DNA of 64,000 nt from Candidatus Aminicenantes bacterium (lineage in GTDB: Bacteria > Acidobacteriota > Aminicenantia > Aminicenantales > Saccharicenantaceae), in the NCBI GenBank assembly GCA_963736255.1, contig CAVTOI010000002.1, forward strand, positions 273,576 through 337,575. Direction: 5' to 3'. The notes beneath the pieces were generated by a model. It ran no database searches, had not been told where the DNA came from, and saw nothing but the letters and a program-made list of their open reading frames with translations. Made by a program: the position numbers and the translations under genes. Shown piece after piece: positions 44,804 to 53,092 of this stretch (within the stretch, counting starts at the first letter, position 1; each line of letters starts with the position of its first letter).

Positions 44804-45547
44804 CTACATATACATGCCGCCGTTCACACTGACCACCTGGCCCGTGATATAGGCCGCGTCATCGGAGAGCAGGAATATTACCGCAGATGCCACGTCTTTG
44901 GGAAGCCCGAATTTTTTCAGGGGGATGATGTCGAGGTAGGCCTTGCGGATGTCCTCGGGCAGGGCCTCGGTCATGGCCGTGGCGATGAAGCCCGGGGCGA
45001 CCGCGTTGACGGTGATCCCCCGGCTGCCGACCTCGCGGGCCAGGGACCGGGCCATGGCGACGACGCCGGCCTTGGAGGCGGCGTAGTTTGTCTGCCCGGC
45101 GTTGCCCATGAGGCCCGCGACGGAGGCGATGTTGACGATCCGCCCGTACCGGGCGGCGATCATCGTCCGCAGGACGGCCCGGGAGAAATTGAAGGTCCCC
45201 TTGAGGTTGACCCGGAGGACGGCGTCCCAGTCCTCTTCCTTCATGCGCATGAGCAGGGCGTCGCGGGTGATCCCGGCGTTGTTGACGAGGTGGTCGATGC
45301 GGCCGTGCGCGGCGGCCACCTCGGCGACGGCCCGTTCGACGGCGGCGGTGTCGCCGACGTCGACGACGCTGGTTTCGGCCCGCCCGCCGGCCTCGACGAT
45401 CGAGGCGGCCACGGCCTCGAGCTTATCCTTCTGGACGTCGACGAGGACGACCGCGGCGCCCTCGGCGGCGAGGTCCCGGGCGATCGTTTCGCCGATCCCC
45501 TGCGAGGCCCCGGTGACGATGGAGACCCGTCCTTCGAAGCGCCTCAT
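44804..45547 (-). CDS. fabG: 3-oxoacyl-ACP reductase
   Basis: VTGASQGIGETIA...NNAGI...YAASKAGVVAM...; SDR, FabG pattern, positioned between plsX and acpP. Confidence 0.9.
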   Translation of the reverse strand: MRRFEGRVSIVTGASQGIGETIARDLAAEGAAVVLVDVQKDKLEAVAASIVEAGGRAETSVVDVGDTAAVERAVAEVAAAHGRIDHLVNNAGITRDALLMRMKEEDWDAVLRVNLKGTFNFSRAVLRTMIAARYGRIVNIASVAGLMGNAGQTNYAASKAGVVAMARSLAREVGSRGITVNAVAPGFIATAMTEALPEDIRKAYLDIIPLKKFGLPKDVASAVIFLLSDDAAYITGQVVSVNGGMYM

Positions 45548-46556
45548 GCCGTGGCTCCTCTCAGGGCCTGCTCGTAGCGGAGGATCTCCGCCTGGATCTT
45601 CTCCTGGACCCGGTTGGCGACGAAATCCCGGGCCAGCTTGATGGCGTTGCGGACGGCGTCGGGGTTCGACCGGCCGTGGCCGATGATGCAGACGCCGTCG
45701 ACGCCAAGGAGCTGGGCCCCGCCGAATTCGGAATAATCGACCTTCTTATAGATCTTCTTCAGGTGCCGCTTCATCAGGAGATAGCCGAGCTTGGCGAAGA
45801 TGTTCTTGGTGATCTCGTGGCGGGCCATCGACAGGACGCTCTGGACGACGCCCTCGGTGACCTTGAGAGCGACGTTCCCGGTGAAGCCGTCGCTGACGAC
45901 GACGTCGGCGGCGCCGGAGAAGATGTCCTTGCCCTCGACGTTGCCGATGAAGCGCAGGGGCGCCACCTGGAGCCGGTCGAAGGCCTCCTTGACGAGGTCG
46001 TTGCCCTTGCCCTTCTCTTCGCCGATGCTCATGAGCCCGATCCGCGGGTCTTTCAGTCCGACGACGGCCTCCATGAAGATCTTGCCCATGAGGGCGAACT
46101 GGACGAGGTTGTGCGGCTGGCAGTTGGCGTTGGCCCCGACGTCGAGGAGCAGGGTCTGCCCATCGACCCCGGGGACGAGGAGGGCCAGGGCCGGCCGGTC
46201 CACTCCCTTGAGGGCGCCGAGGACGTCGCGGGAGATGTAGACGACGGCCCCCGTGTTGCCCATGCTGACGAAGGCGTCGGCCCGCCCGTCCTTGACGAGC
46301 TGGGCGCCGACGCGGATCGAGGAGGCCTTCTTTTTCCGGAAGGAGAGGATCCCCTCGCCCATGCCGATCTCCTCGGGCGCGTCGACGACGGTGACGCGCG
46401 GGGGCGGGGGCTGGTGACGCCCGAGCTCGCGGCTGATGGCGCTCTCGAGGCCCACGAGGAGGATGTCGACGTCGAGGTCCTGGGCGGCTCGCAGGGCCCC
46501 CGGCACCGTGGCCTTGGGCCCAAAATCCCCCCCATCGCGTCGACGGCGATTCTCAT
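45544..46556 (-). pseudogene. plsX: Phosphate acyltransferase PlsX, 1-nt frame break in a G7 run as assembled
   Basis: MRIAVDAMGG (from ATG 46556) is in one frame. From (D)FGPKATVPGALRAAQDLDVDILLVG... onward the gene is in another. The junction is ATGGGGGGGATTTTGGG (C7 on the plus strand, 46527-46533). Length is 1013 nt, one base short of a multiple of 3. Confidence 0.85.
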
Positions 46557-46570
46557 GGACGCCGTCCGGC

Positions 46571-46753
46571 TCAGTCTTTGGTCCCTTCCGTCACCTGCCG
46601 TCCTTTGTAGAACCCGCACTCGGGACAGGCCCGATGCGGCAGCTTGGGGTTGCCGCACTTGCCGCAGACGGAGAAGGTGGGAAGGGTGAGCGCGTCGTGG
46701 GACCGGCGTTTCCCTTTTCTTGTCGGTGAATGGCGTCTCTTTGGATTAGGCAT
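46571..46753 (-). CDS. rpmF: 50S ribosomal protein L32
   Basis: MPNPKRRHSPTRKGKRRSHDAL...CGKCGNPKLPHRACPECGFY. Confidence 0.95.
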   Translation of the reverse strand: MPNPKRRHSPTRKGKRRSHDALTLPTFSVCGKCGNPKLPHRACPECGFYKGRQVTEGTKD

Positions 46754-47272
46754 TTAACCCTTGTCTCTCATCGGGATTTTGAGCTTGTTCCAAACGGTGT
46801 TGGATTCTTTCACCAGGCAGGAGCATTTGGATTCGCGGACGACCTCGCCGCAGACGGCGCAAATGCCCTCGCATTCCGGCGCGCACAGGGGCTTGGCCGG
46901 GAAGGTCAGGTTCAGCTGCTCGAGGACGACGGCGCGCAGGTCGAGCTGGCGGCCGCTGTAGAACATCTGGTCCATCTTGTCGTCGGACAGCTCGTCGGAG
47001 AACCCGTCGAGCTCCTCGGGGAGATAGACGAGGTCGAACCGGCTGGCGACCGGGAACTCGAAGGGGGTCAGGCAGCGCGAGCAGACGAAGCTCAGCCGGG
47101 CCGTGATCTCGCCCCGGACAAAGATCTCCTCGCCGACGAGGCGCACAGTGACCTCGGCGTGGGCCGGCTCGAGGAAAACGGCGTTCTCCTCGACAAGATC
47201 GAGGCTCAGGAACTCGAAGTCCCTGGAAAGGCGCAGCCCCTCCTCGGGGAGGCGGTCGATATCGATGATCAT
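46754..47272 (-). CDS. yceD: YceD/DUF177 family protein
   Basis: MIIDIDRLPEEGLRLS...CSRCLTPFEF...CAPECEGICAVCG... It lies directly upstream of rpmF (TAAATG junction). The TTG 47311 track start is too close to the -10 box, so ATG 47272 is preferred. Confidence 0.8.
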   Translation of the reverse strand: MIIDIDRLPEEGLRLSRDFEFLSLDLVEENAVFLEPAHAEVTVRLVGEEIFVRGEITARLSFVCSRCLTPFEFPVASRFDLVYLPEELDGFSDELSDDKMDQMFYSGRQLDLRAVVLEQLNLTFPAKPLCAPECEGICAVCGEVVRESKCSCLVKESNTVWNKLKIPMRDKG

Positions 47273-47314
47273 CGTCGTATCCAAATCATTGAACCTCGGA
47301 AAAAATTTCAATCT

Positions 47315-47342
47315 ATTATACCAAGCGGGCCCGGGTTGTCAA
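47315..47342 (-). promoter_or_regulatory. Near-consensus sigma70 promoter for yceD-rpmF-plsX-fab-etf
   Basis: Minus strand TTGACA-N16-TATAAT with an extended -10 (TGGTATAAT). Confidence 0.6.
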
Positions 47343-47401
47343 CTGACCCCCGGGCCGGCGCTTTCAAGCGATACGGAGCCATCCCCGCCCGGCGAATGGG
47401 C

Positions 47402-47429
47402 TTGAACGGGGGGGCCGGACGGGTATAAT
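47402..47429 (+). promoter_or_regulatory. Sigma70-like promoter predicting a leaderless transcript
   Basis: TTGAAC-N16-TATAAT. Only 6 nt separate the -10 from ATG 47436, so the expected TSS coincides with the start codon and there is no room for an SD. Confidence 0.55.
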
Positions 47430-47435
47430 ACGGGC

Positions 47436-47681
47436 ATGGGAGGCTACGATACACGCGTCGATTACAGGGGCGACGCCTATATCGTCCAGACCCAGGACAA
47501 GGGCCGGAGCGCCCAGTACATCGAATCCCTGATCTACAAATCGGGCCGGCTGCTCACCACCAAGCGGGCCTTCTACACCGCCCTCATCGACCAGCCCGAC
47601 GCCGCCGGGCGGATCGAAAGGATGATGGAGGAGCAGCATAGGAACATCCTGGGGCAGATCGTCGAAGGCAGGTACGACTGA
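47436..47681 (+). CDS. Small hypothetical protein (81 aa), probably leaderless, coupled to polA
   Basis: MGGYDTRVDYRGDAYIVQTQDKGRSAQYIESLIYKSGRLLTTKRAFYTALIDQPDAAGRIERMMEEQHRNILGQIVEGRYD. The composition is balanced, unlike the junk ORFs. Its TGA overlaps the only plausible polA start (CTGA). Confidence 0.5.
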   Translation: MGGYDTRVDYRGDAYIVQTQDKGRSAQYIESLIYKSGRLLTTKRAFYTALIDQPDAAGRIERMMEEQHRNILGQIVEGRYD

Positions 47682-50344
47682 GTCCGAAACGGCTCTTCCT
47701 CATCGACGGGAACTCCCTGTTCTACCGCTCTTATTATGCCATCCGGGGCCTGGCCAATTCGGCCCGCTTCCCGACCGGGGCCATCTTCGGCTTCGTCAGC
47801 GCCCTGCGCAAGCTCCTCGATGCCGAAAAGCCCGACTACCTGGGCGTCGTCTTCGACGTCAAGGGACCGACGGTCCGCCACGAGGAATACGGCGAGTACA
47901 AGGCCCACCGCAAGCCCATGCCGGACGATCTCGCCGTCCAAATGCCCGTCCTCAAGGACGTCCTCCGAGCCCTGCGGATCGCCACGGCTGAGTTCCCCAA
48001 ATACGAGGCCGACGACGCCATAGCCTCGCTCGCCGTCCGGGCGGCCGAAAAAGGCCTCCGCACGATCGTCGTCACCACCGACAAGGACCTCTTCCAGGTC
48101 GTCAACGCCTCCACCTCCGTCTGGAACCCCGCCAAGGAGGTGGCCATCGACGAAGCCGGGGTCAAGGAGGTTTTCGGCGTCGAGGCCGGCGCGGTCGTCG
48201 ATGTCCTGGCCCTATGGGGCGATCCTTCCGACAACATCCCCGGCGTTCCGGGCATCGGCGAGAAGACGGCCAAATCGCTCATCCGGGAGTTCGGCTCGCT
48301 CGACGGCCTGCTGGCCCGCCTCGACGAGGTCAAAAATCCCCGGATCCGGGAGAAGATCGCCCAGAACCGGGACCTGCTCGAGCTCAGCCGCCGCCTCGCG
48401 ACGGTGTGCCGCGACCTGCCGCTCGAGCTCGACCTCGACCGTTACGTTGTCCAGGACCCCGACGAGAAGGAGACTGTCCGTCTCTTCGGCGAGCTCGAGT
48501 TCTCGACTCTCCTCACGGATTTCCTGAAGCCGGCCCGGCCGGTAGGCAGGGACTTCCGGACGATCTTCGACGAGCGGGACCTCCGGGCCCTGGTCAAGCG
48601 GATCGCCGCGGCGGGCCGGGTGGCGGTCGATACCGAGACGACCTCCCCGGCCCCGACGCGGGCCCGCCTCGTCGGCCTGTCGTTCTCGCTCGTTCCGGGC
48701 GAAGCGTTCTATGTCCCGGTCGGCCACGATTACCTCGGCGCCCCGGCCCAGATCCCCAAGGAGCGTGCCCTGGACATCCTCCGCCCGGTCCTTGAGGACC
48801 CGAAGGTCCTGAAGACCGGCCAGAACATCAAGTACGACCTGATCGTCCTCGAGCGGGAGGGCGTCCGGCTGGCCGGGGTCGCGCGGGACACGATGGTCCT
48901 GTCCTACCTTCTCGAGCCGAACTGGGGCAAGCACGGGCTCGAGAAGCTGGCCCTCCACTATCTCCGGGAGACGAAGACGCCTTACGCGGACGTCGCCGGC
49001 AAGGGCAAGAAGGAGCTGACCATGGACAAGGTGGCCGTCGAGTCGGCGGCCTCCTACGCCTGCCAGGACGCGGCTTTCGCCCAGGAGCTCGGCGAGATCC
49101 TGGCGGACAAGGTCCGGGCGAAGAAGCTGGACCGGCTCTACGAGGAGATCGAAAAGCCCCTCATCGGACTGCTGGCCCGGATGGAGGTCCTGGGGGTCCG
49201 CGTCGACCCCGCGGTCCTCAAGTCGATGGCCAAGGAGCTCGAAGGGGAGCTCGGGCGCCTCGAAAAGGAGATCCACGGCGCCGCCGGATGCGCCTTCAAC
49301 ATCAATTCCCCCCGCCAGCTCGCCGACATCCTTTTTCATAAGCTCGGCCTGCAGGCCGGCCGCCGGACCAAGGTCACCAAGGGCTTCTCGACGTCGCTCG
49401 ATATCCTCGAGGAGCTGGCCCTGGTCCATCCCCTGGCCCGGCAAGTCCTCGACTACAGGCAGATGTCCAAGCTCAAATCGACCTACGCCGACGCCCTGCC
49501 CCAGCTCATCAACCCGGAGACCGGGCGCATCCATACGTCCTACAACCAGACCGTGGCCTCGACGGGCCGCCTGTCGTCGAGCGATCCCAACCTTCAGAAC
49601 ATCCCCGCCCGGGGGCCGTGGGGGACCCGGTTCCGCCGGGCCTTCATCCCGGACAAAGGCCACGTCCTCCTGGCCGCCGATTATTCCCAGGTCGAGCTCC
49701 GCGTCCTGGCGCATCTTTCGGGGGACCCGACCCTCGTCGAGACCTTCCTCGGCGACAGGGACATCCACGAGGAGACCGCCCGGCTCGTCTTCGGCGAGGC
49801 GGCCGGCGAGGAGGCTCGGCGCCGGGCCAAGATCATCAACTTTAGCATCATCTACGGCACCTCGGCCTTCTCCCTGGCCCGCGAGCTGGGGACGTCCTCG
49901 GGCGAAGCCCAGAAGTTCATCGACCGCTACTTCGCCGAGCGGCCGAAGGTCCGGGAGTATCTCGACCGGGTCGTCGAGGAGGCCCGGGAGCGCGGCTATT
50001 CCGAGACGATCTTCGGCCGGCAGCGCCAGGTCCCCGAGCTGCGAGCGCCCGACCGGAACCTCCAGCAGGCCGGCCGGCGCATCGCGCTCAACAATCCCAT
50101 CCAGGGATCGGCCGCCGACATCATCAAGATCGCCATGCTCCGCGCCGCCGACGCCATCGAAAAGAGGAAGCTGCGGACACGCATGATCCTCCAGGTCCAC
50201 GACGAGCTCGTCTTCGAAGTCCCGGAGGGCGAGCGGACGGCGGTGGAACCGCTTGTTCGCGAGGCGATGGAGGGGGCGGCAAAGCTCACGGTTCCCCTGG
50301 TCGTTAGGCTGGGGTTCGGCCCGAATTGGGCCGACGCCAAGTGA
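47678..50344 (+). CDS. polA: DNA polymerase I (5' nuclease, 3'-5' exo-like and polymerase domains), non-canonical start
   Basis: In frame with track ORF 47918-50344. The upstream 80 codons encode (L)SPKRLFLIDGNSLFYRSYYAIRGL...FGFVSALRKLL...VVFDVKGPTVRHEEYGEYKAHRKP, which is the 5'-nuclease N-terminus. There is no in-frame ATG/GTG/TTG between TAG 47639 and 47918. CTG at 47678 is the only start-like codon. Confidence 0.9.
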   Translation: MSPKRLFLIDGNSLFYRSYYAIRGLANSARFPTGAIFGFVSALRKLLDAEKPDYLGVVFDVKGPTVRHEEYGEYKAHRKPMPDDLAVQMPVLKDVLRALRIATAEFPKYEADDAIASLAVRAAEKGLRTIVVTTDKDLFQVVNASTSVWNPAKEVAIDEAGVKEVFGVEAGAVVDVLALWGDPSDNIPGVPGIGEKTAKSLIREFGSLDGLLARLDEVKNPRIREKIAQNRDLLELSRRLATVCRDLPLELDLDRYVVQDPDEKETVRLFGELEFSTLLTDFLKPARPVGRDFRTIFDERDLRALVKRIAAAGRVAVDTETTSPAPTRARLVGLSFSLVPGEAFYVPVGHDYLGAPAQIPKERALDILRPVLEDPKVLKTGQNIKYDLIVLEREGVRLAGVARDTMVLSYLLEPNWGKHGLEKLALHYLRETKTPYADVAGKGKKELTMDKVAVESAASYACQDAAFAQELGEILADKVRAKKLDRLYEEIEKPLIGLLARMEVLGVRVDPAVLKSMAKELEGELGRLEKEIHGAAGCAFNINSPRQLADILFHKLGLQAGRRTKVTKGFSTSLDILEELALVHPLARQVLDYRQMSKLKSTYADALPQLINPETGRIHTSYNQTVASTGRLSSSDPNLQNIPARGPWGTRFRRAFIPDKGHVLLAADYSQVELRVLAHLSGDPTLVETFLGDRDIHEETARLVFGEAAGEEARRRAKIINFSIIYGTSAFSLARELGTSSGEAQKFIDRYFAERPKVREYLDRVVEEARERGYSETIFGRQRQVPELRAPDRNLQQAGRRIALNNPIQGSAADIIKIAMLRAADAIEKRKLRTRMILQVHDELVFEVPEGERTAVEPLVREAMEGAAKLTVPLVVRLGFGPNWADAK

Positions 50345-51475
50345 CTAGAGGGCCTTCTGGAAGGCCCTGAACTTCTTGTAGATCGTCCCGCCCATCCGCT
50401 CCATCTCGGCCCGGACCCTGACGTTGGCCTCCATCTCGTGGTGAGTGTCCATCATCTCTATGCCGGCCTTGGAGGCCGACTCGAGGACCTTGACGCCCAT
50501 GAGGGCGTCCAGCCCCTTGCCCCGGTAGGCCTCTTTGGTGGCCCCGAGCAGGAGGTCGAGCTGCTTCGTCTTCTTGGCCGCCCGCAAAATGTGGATAAAG
50601 CCGAAGGGGAGGAGCCGGCCGCGGGCCTTGCGGAGGCCCTCCGACATGTCCGGCATGGCCACGATGAACGACAGGACCTCGCCGTCCTTGGCCACGACCT
50701 TGACGAAGCGGGGATCGAGGTAGGGCAGGAAGCGGTTGGCCAGCTCGTCCATCTCCTGCTCGTCGAGTGGGGCGTAGCCGTAGATGTTGCCGGCGGTGTA
50801 GGTCTCGTTCATGAGGCCGAGGACCTTGTGGATCCAGGGCCTGATCTCCTTGCGCTTCTTGAACTCGACGACCTCGTAGGTGCCGCGCTTCATGTGCCGC
50901 TCGTAGTTCTTTTTATATAACTCCGGTATCTCCTTGGGCACGTCGAGCTTATAGACGAACCAGTCGTTGTCCTTGGTGTAGCCCTCTTCCTCGAGCCAGC
51001 GCGGCATCCACTCGAAATTGTAATAGGTGGCGAACGTGGCCCGGTGATCGAAGCCCTCGATGAGCCAGCCTTCGGGGTCCTGGTCGGAGAAGCCGTAGGG
51101 CCCGACCATCTTGGTCATGCCTTTGGCCCGCGCCCAGTCCTCGATGGTGCGGAGGAGGGCCCGGAAGACCTCTCTGTCCTCGTACGTCTCGAGATAGCCG
51201 AAGCGGGCCGTCTTCTCGTTCCGGTGCTCGTTGTAGCGGTGGTTGATGATGCCCATGATCCGGCCGGCGGGGCGGCCGTCCTTGCAGGCCAAAAGAAGGA
51301 TCGTGTCGCAGTAGGAGAAGGCCTTGTTCTTCTTGCTGTCGAAGTACTTCAAGTCGTCAGAGACGAGCGGATTGACCCAGTTCGCGTGGCCGGCGTGGAT
51401 CTTCTCCGGGAGGAGGATAAAGGTCTTCAGGTCCTTGCCTTTCTGGGGGGCTATCTCGCGGATCTCGACGGCCAT
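50345..51475 (-). CDS. GNAT-fold acyltransferase-like protein (uncharacterised family)
   Basis: From ATG 51475 (GAGGTG SD): MAVEIREIAPQKGKDLKTFILLPEKIH...RFGYLETYEDREVF...AYRGKGLDALM... Its stop codon directly abuts the polA stop (convergent, 0 nt spacer). Confidence 0.6.
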   Translation of the reverse strand: MAVEIREIAPQKGKDLKTFILLPEKIHAGHANWVNPLVSDDLKYFDSKKNKAFSYCDTILLLACKDGRPAGRIMGIINHRYNEHRNEKTARFGYLETYEDREVFRALLRTIEDWARAKGMTKMVGPYGFSDQDPEGWLIEGFDHRATFATYYNFEWMPRWLEEEGYTKDNDWFVYKLDVPKEIPELYKKNYERHMKRGTYEVVEFKKRKEIRPWIHKVLGLMNETYTAGNIYGYAPLDEQEMDELANRFLPYLDPRFVKVVAKDGEVLSFIVAMPDMSEGLRKARGRLLPFGFIHILRAAKKTKQLDLLLGATKEAYRGKGLDALMGVKVLESASKAGIEMMDTHHEMEANVRVRAEMERMGGTIYKKFRAFQKAL

Positions 51476-51598
51476 GGGCTCACCTCGGCGGAATCGACAT
51501 TTTATCCTCATTCTTATCCTCCTTTCCGGCCCAAAAAGCAACGTAAATTTGGCTCTGGAAAACCCTGTTCAAAAGCTGAGGAATGTCTGTGGAAAATC

Positions 51599-51627
51599 TT
51601 GACAACCCCGGGGCCCATCAATATACT
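51599..51627 (+). promoter_or_regulatory. Sigma70-like promoter of the hydrogenase operon
   Basis: TTGACA-N17-TATACT. A TGTGGAAAA 9-mer (51588-51596), identical to a DnaA-box copy at 63895, sits immediately upstream of the -35. Confidence 0.55.
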
Positions 51628-51661
51628 GACCCTTCTTCATTAAGGAAGGCAACCCGTCCCA

Positions 51662-53092
51662 ATGAACGTCGAAACAACCGTCCTCCTAACGATCCTGGTC
51701 CCCATCCTCGGCTCCTTCGTGACGCCCCTCGCCGGGCTGGCCTCGAAGCGCGCCCGCTCGGTCTGGGCCGTCCTGGTGAGCGGCGTGACGGCCGTCTTGC
51801 CGCTGACGCTTGTCCCCTTCGCTCTGCGGGGAGGGGAGCTCGTCATCCGCAAGAGCCTGGCCATGGGCTTCGACTTCATCCTCATCGTCGATCCCCTGTC
51901 GGTCTTCATGGCCGCCGTGGCGTCCTTCATCGGCTTCCTCATCGTCGTCTACTCCCTGGGCTACATCCACAACGAAGAGAACCAGAACGAGTACTACTTG
52001 ATGGTCCTGCTCTTCATCGGGGCGATGATGGGCCTCGTCTTCTCCGGCAATCTCATCTTTCTCTATCTCTTCTGGGAGATCATCGCCATCAGCTGCTGGC
52101 GCCTTATCGGCTTCTACCGGGAGCCCCTGCACGTCCGCAAGGCCGACAAGGCCTTCCTGGTGACCTTCTTCGGCGCCGTGGTCATGCTCCTCGGCTTCAT
52201 CCAGATCTTCGGCATCACCAACACCTTCGACATGACGGCCATGCGCGGGACGCTCGTCCCCGGGTCGGCCGTCCTGCTCATCCTTTTCGGCCTCTTCTCC
52301 AAGTCGGCCACTGTCCCGCTCCACACCTGGTTGCCGGACGCCGGCGTCGCCCCGACGACGGTCACGGCCCTGCTCCACGCCGCCGTGCTGGTCAAGATCG
52401 GCGTCTACGCCTTCGCCCGGATCTTCCTCTACACCTTCCGCATGCCGGACGGCTGGCAGCAGGCCCTGCCGATCATCGTCATGTGCTCCAGCCTGGTCGC
52501 GGCCGGCGCGGCCGCGGTCGAGAACGATCTCAAGCGGATCCTGGCCTACTCGACGGTCAGCCAGATCGGCTACATCTTCCTCGGCTTCAGCGTCATGAAC
52601 GCCGCCGGCGTCTCGGGTTCGCTCCTCTTCATCCTCATGCACGGCCTGGCCAAGGCCGGGCTCTTCCTCTGCGCCGGCATCGTCATCCACGCCGTCCACA
52701 CCAAGGACATCCGGGAGATGGGCGGCCTCTTCAAGACCATGCCGGTCACGGCCCTGGCCTTCCTCGTCTGCTCCTTCTCCGTCATCGGCATCCCGCCCTT
52801 CGGCGGGTTCTTCTCGAAGTTCCTGGTCATCCTGGGTGCCGTCCAGGCCGGCCACATCTGGGTCGCGGCCCTGGCCCTGTTCACGGCCGTCCTGACGATG
52901 TACTATCTGTTCAAGGTCTTCTCGCTCGTCTTCCTCGGTGAGGCCAAGCATCCGGCTCCCGAGCGATCGAAATCCATGGTCTTTGTCGTCGCCGTCCTGG
53001 CCGTGCTCAGCCTGGCGGCCGGGCTCTTCGTCTCCTTTCCGATGAAGCTCGTGAACGTCGCGACGACACAGATGAGTTGGTGGCTCCGATGA
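51662..53092 (+). CDS. Antiporter-like proton-pumping subunit (NuoM/N / MrpD family) 1
   Basis: 476 aa, polytopic: ...DPLSVFMAAVASFIGFLIVVYSLGY...LFWEIIAISCW...SATVPLHTWLPDA...YSTVSQIGYIFLG... Confidence 0.85.
   Translation: MNVETTVLLTILVPILGSFVTPLAGLASKRARSVWAVLVSGVTAVLPLTLVPFALRGGELVIRKSLAMGFDFILIVDPLSVFMAAVASFIGFLIVVYSLGYIHNEENQNEYYLMVLLFIGAMMGLVFSGNLIFLYLFWEIIAISCWRLIGFYREPLHVRKADKAFLVTFFGAVVMLLGFIQIFGITNTFDMTAMRGTLVPGSAVLLILFGLFSKSATVPLHTWLPDAGVAPTTVTALLHAAVLVKIGVYAFARIFLYTFRMPDGWQQALPIIVMCSSLVAAGAAAVENDLKRILAYSTVSQIGYIFLGFSVMNAAGVSGSLLFILMHGLAKAGLFLCAGIVIHAVHTKDIREMGGLFKTMPVTALAFLVCSFSVIGIPPFGGFFSKFLVILGAVQAGHIWVAALALFTAVLTMYYLFKVFSLVFLGEAKHPAPERSKSMVFVVAVLAVLSLAAGLFVSFPMKLVNVATTQMSWWLR

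Noticed and set aside
46527-46533. Programmed ribosomal frameshifting or transcriptional slippage as the explanation for the plsX, valS and nuoK-like frame breaks.
   Set aside because: No known recoding occurs in these families. valS would need six separate events. No slippery heptamer plus downstream structure is evident. Sequence error or genuine mutation is more parsimonious, and read-level data are needed to decide.
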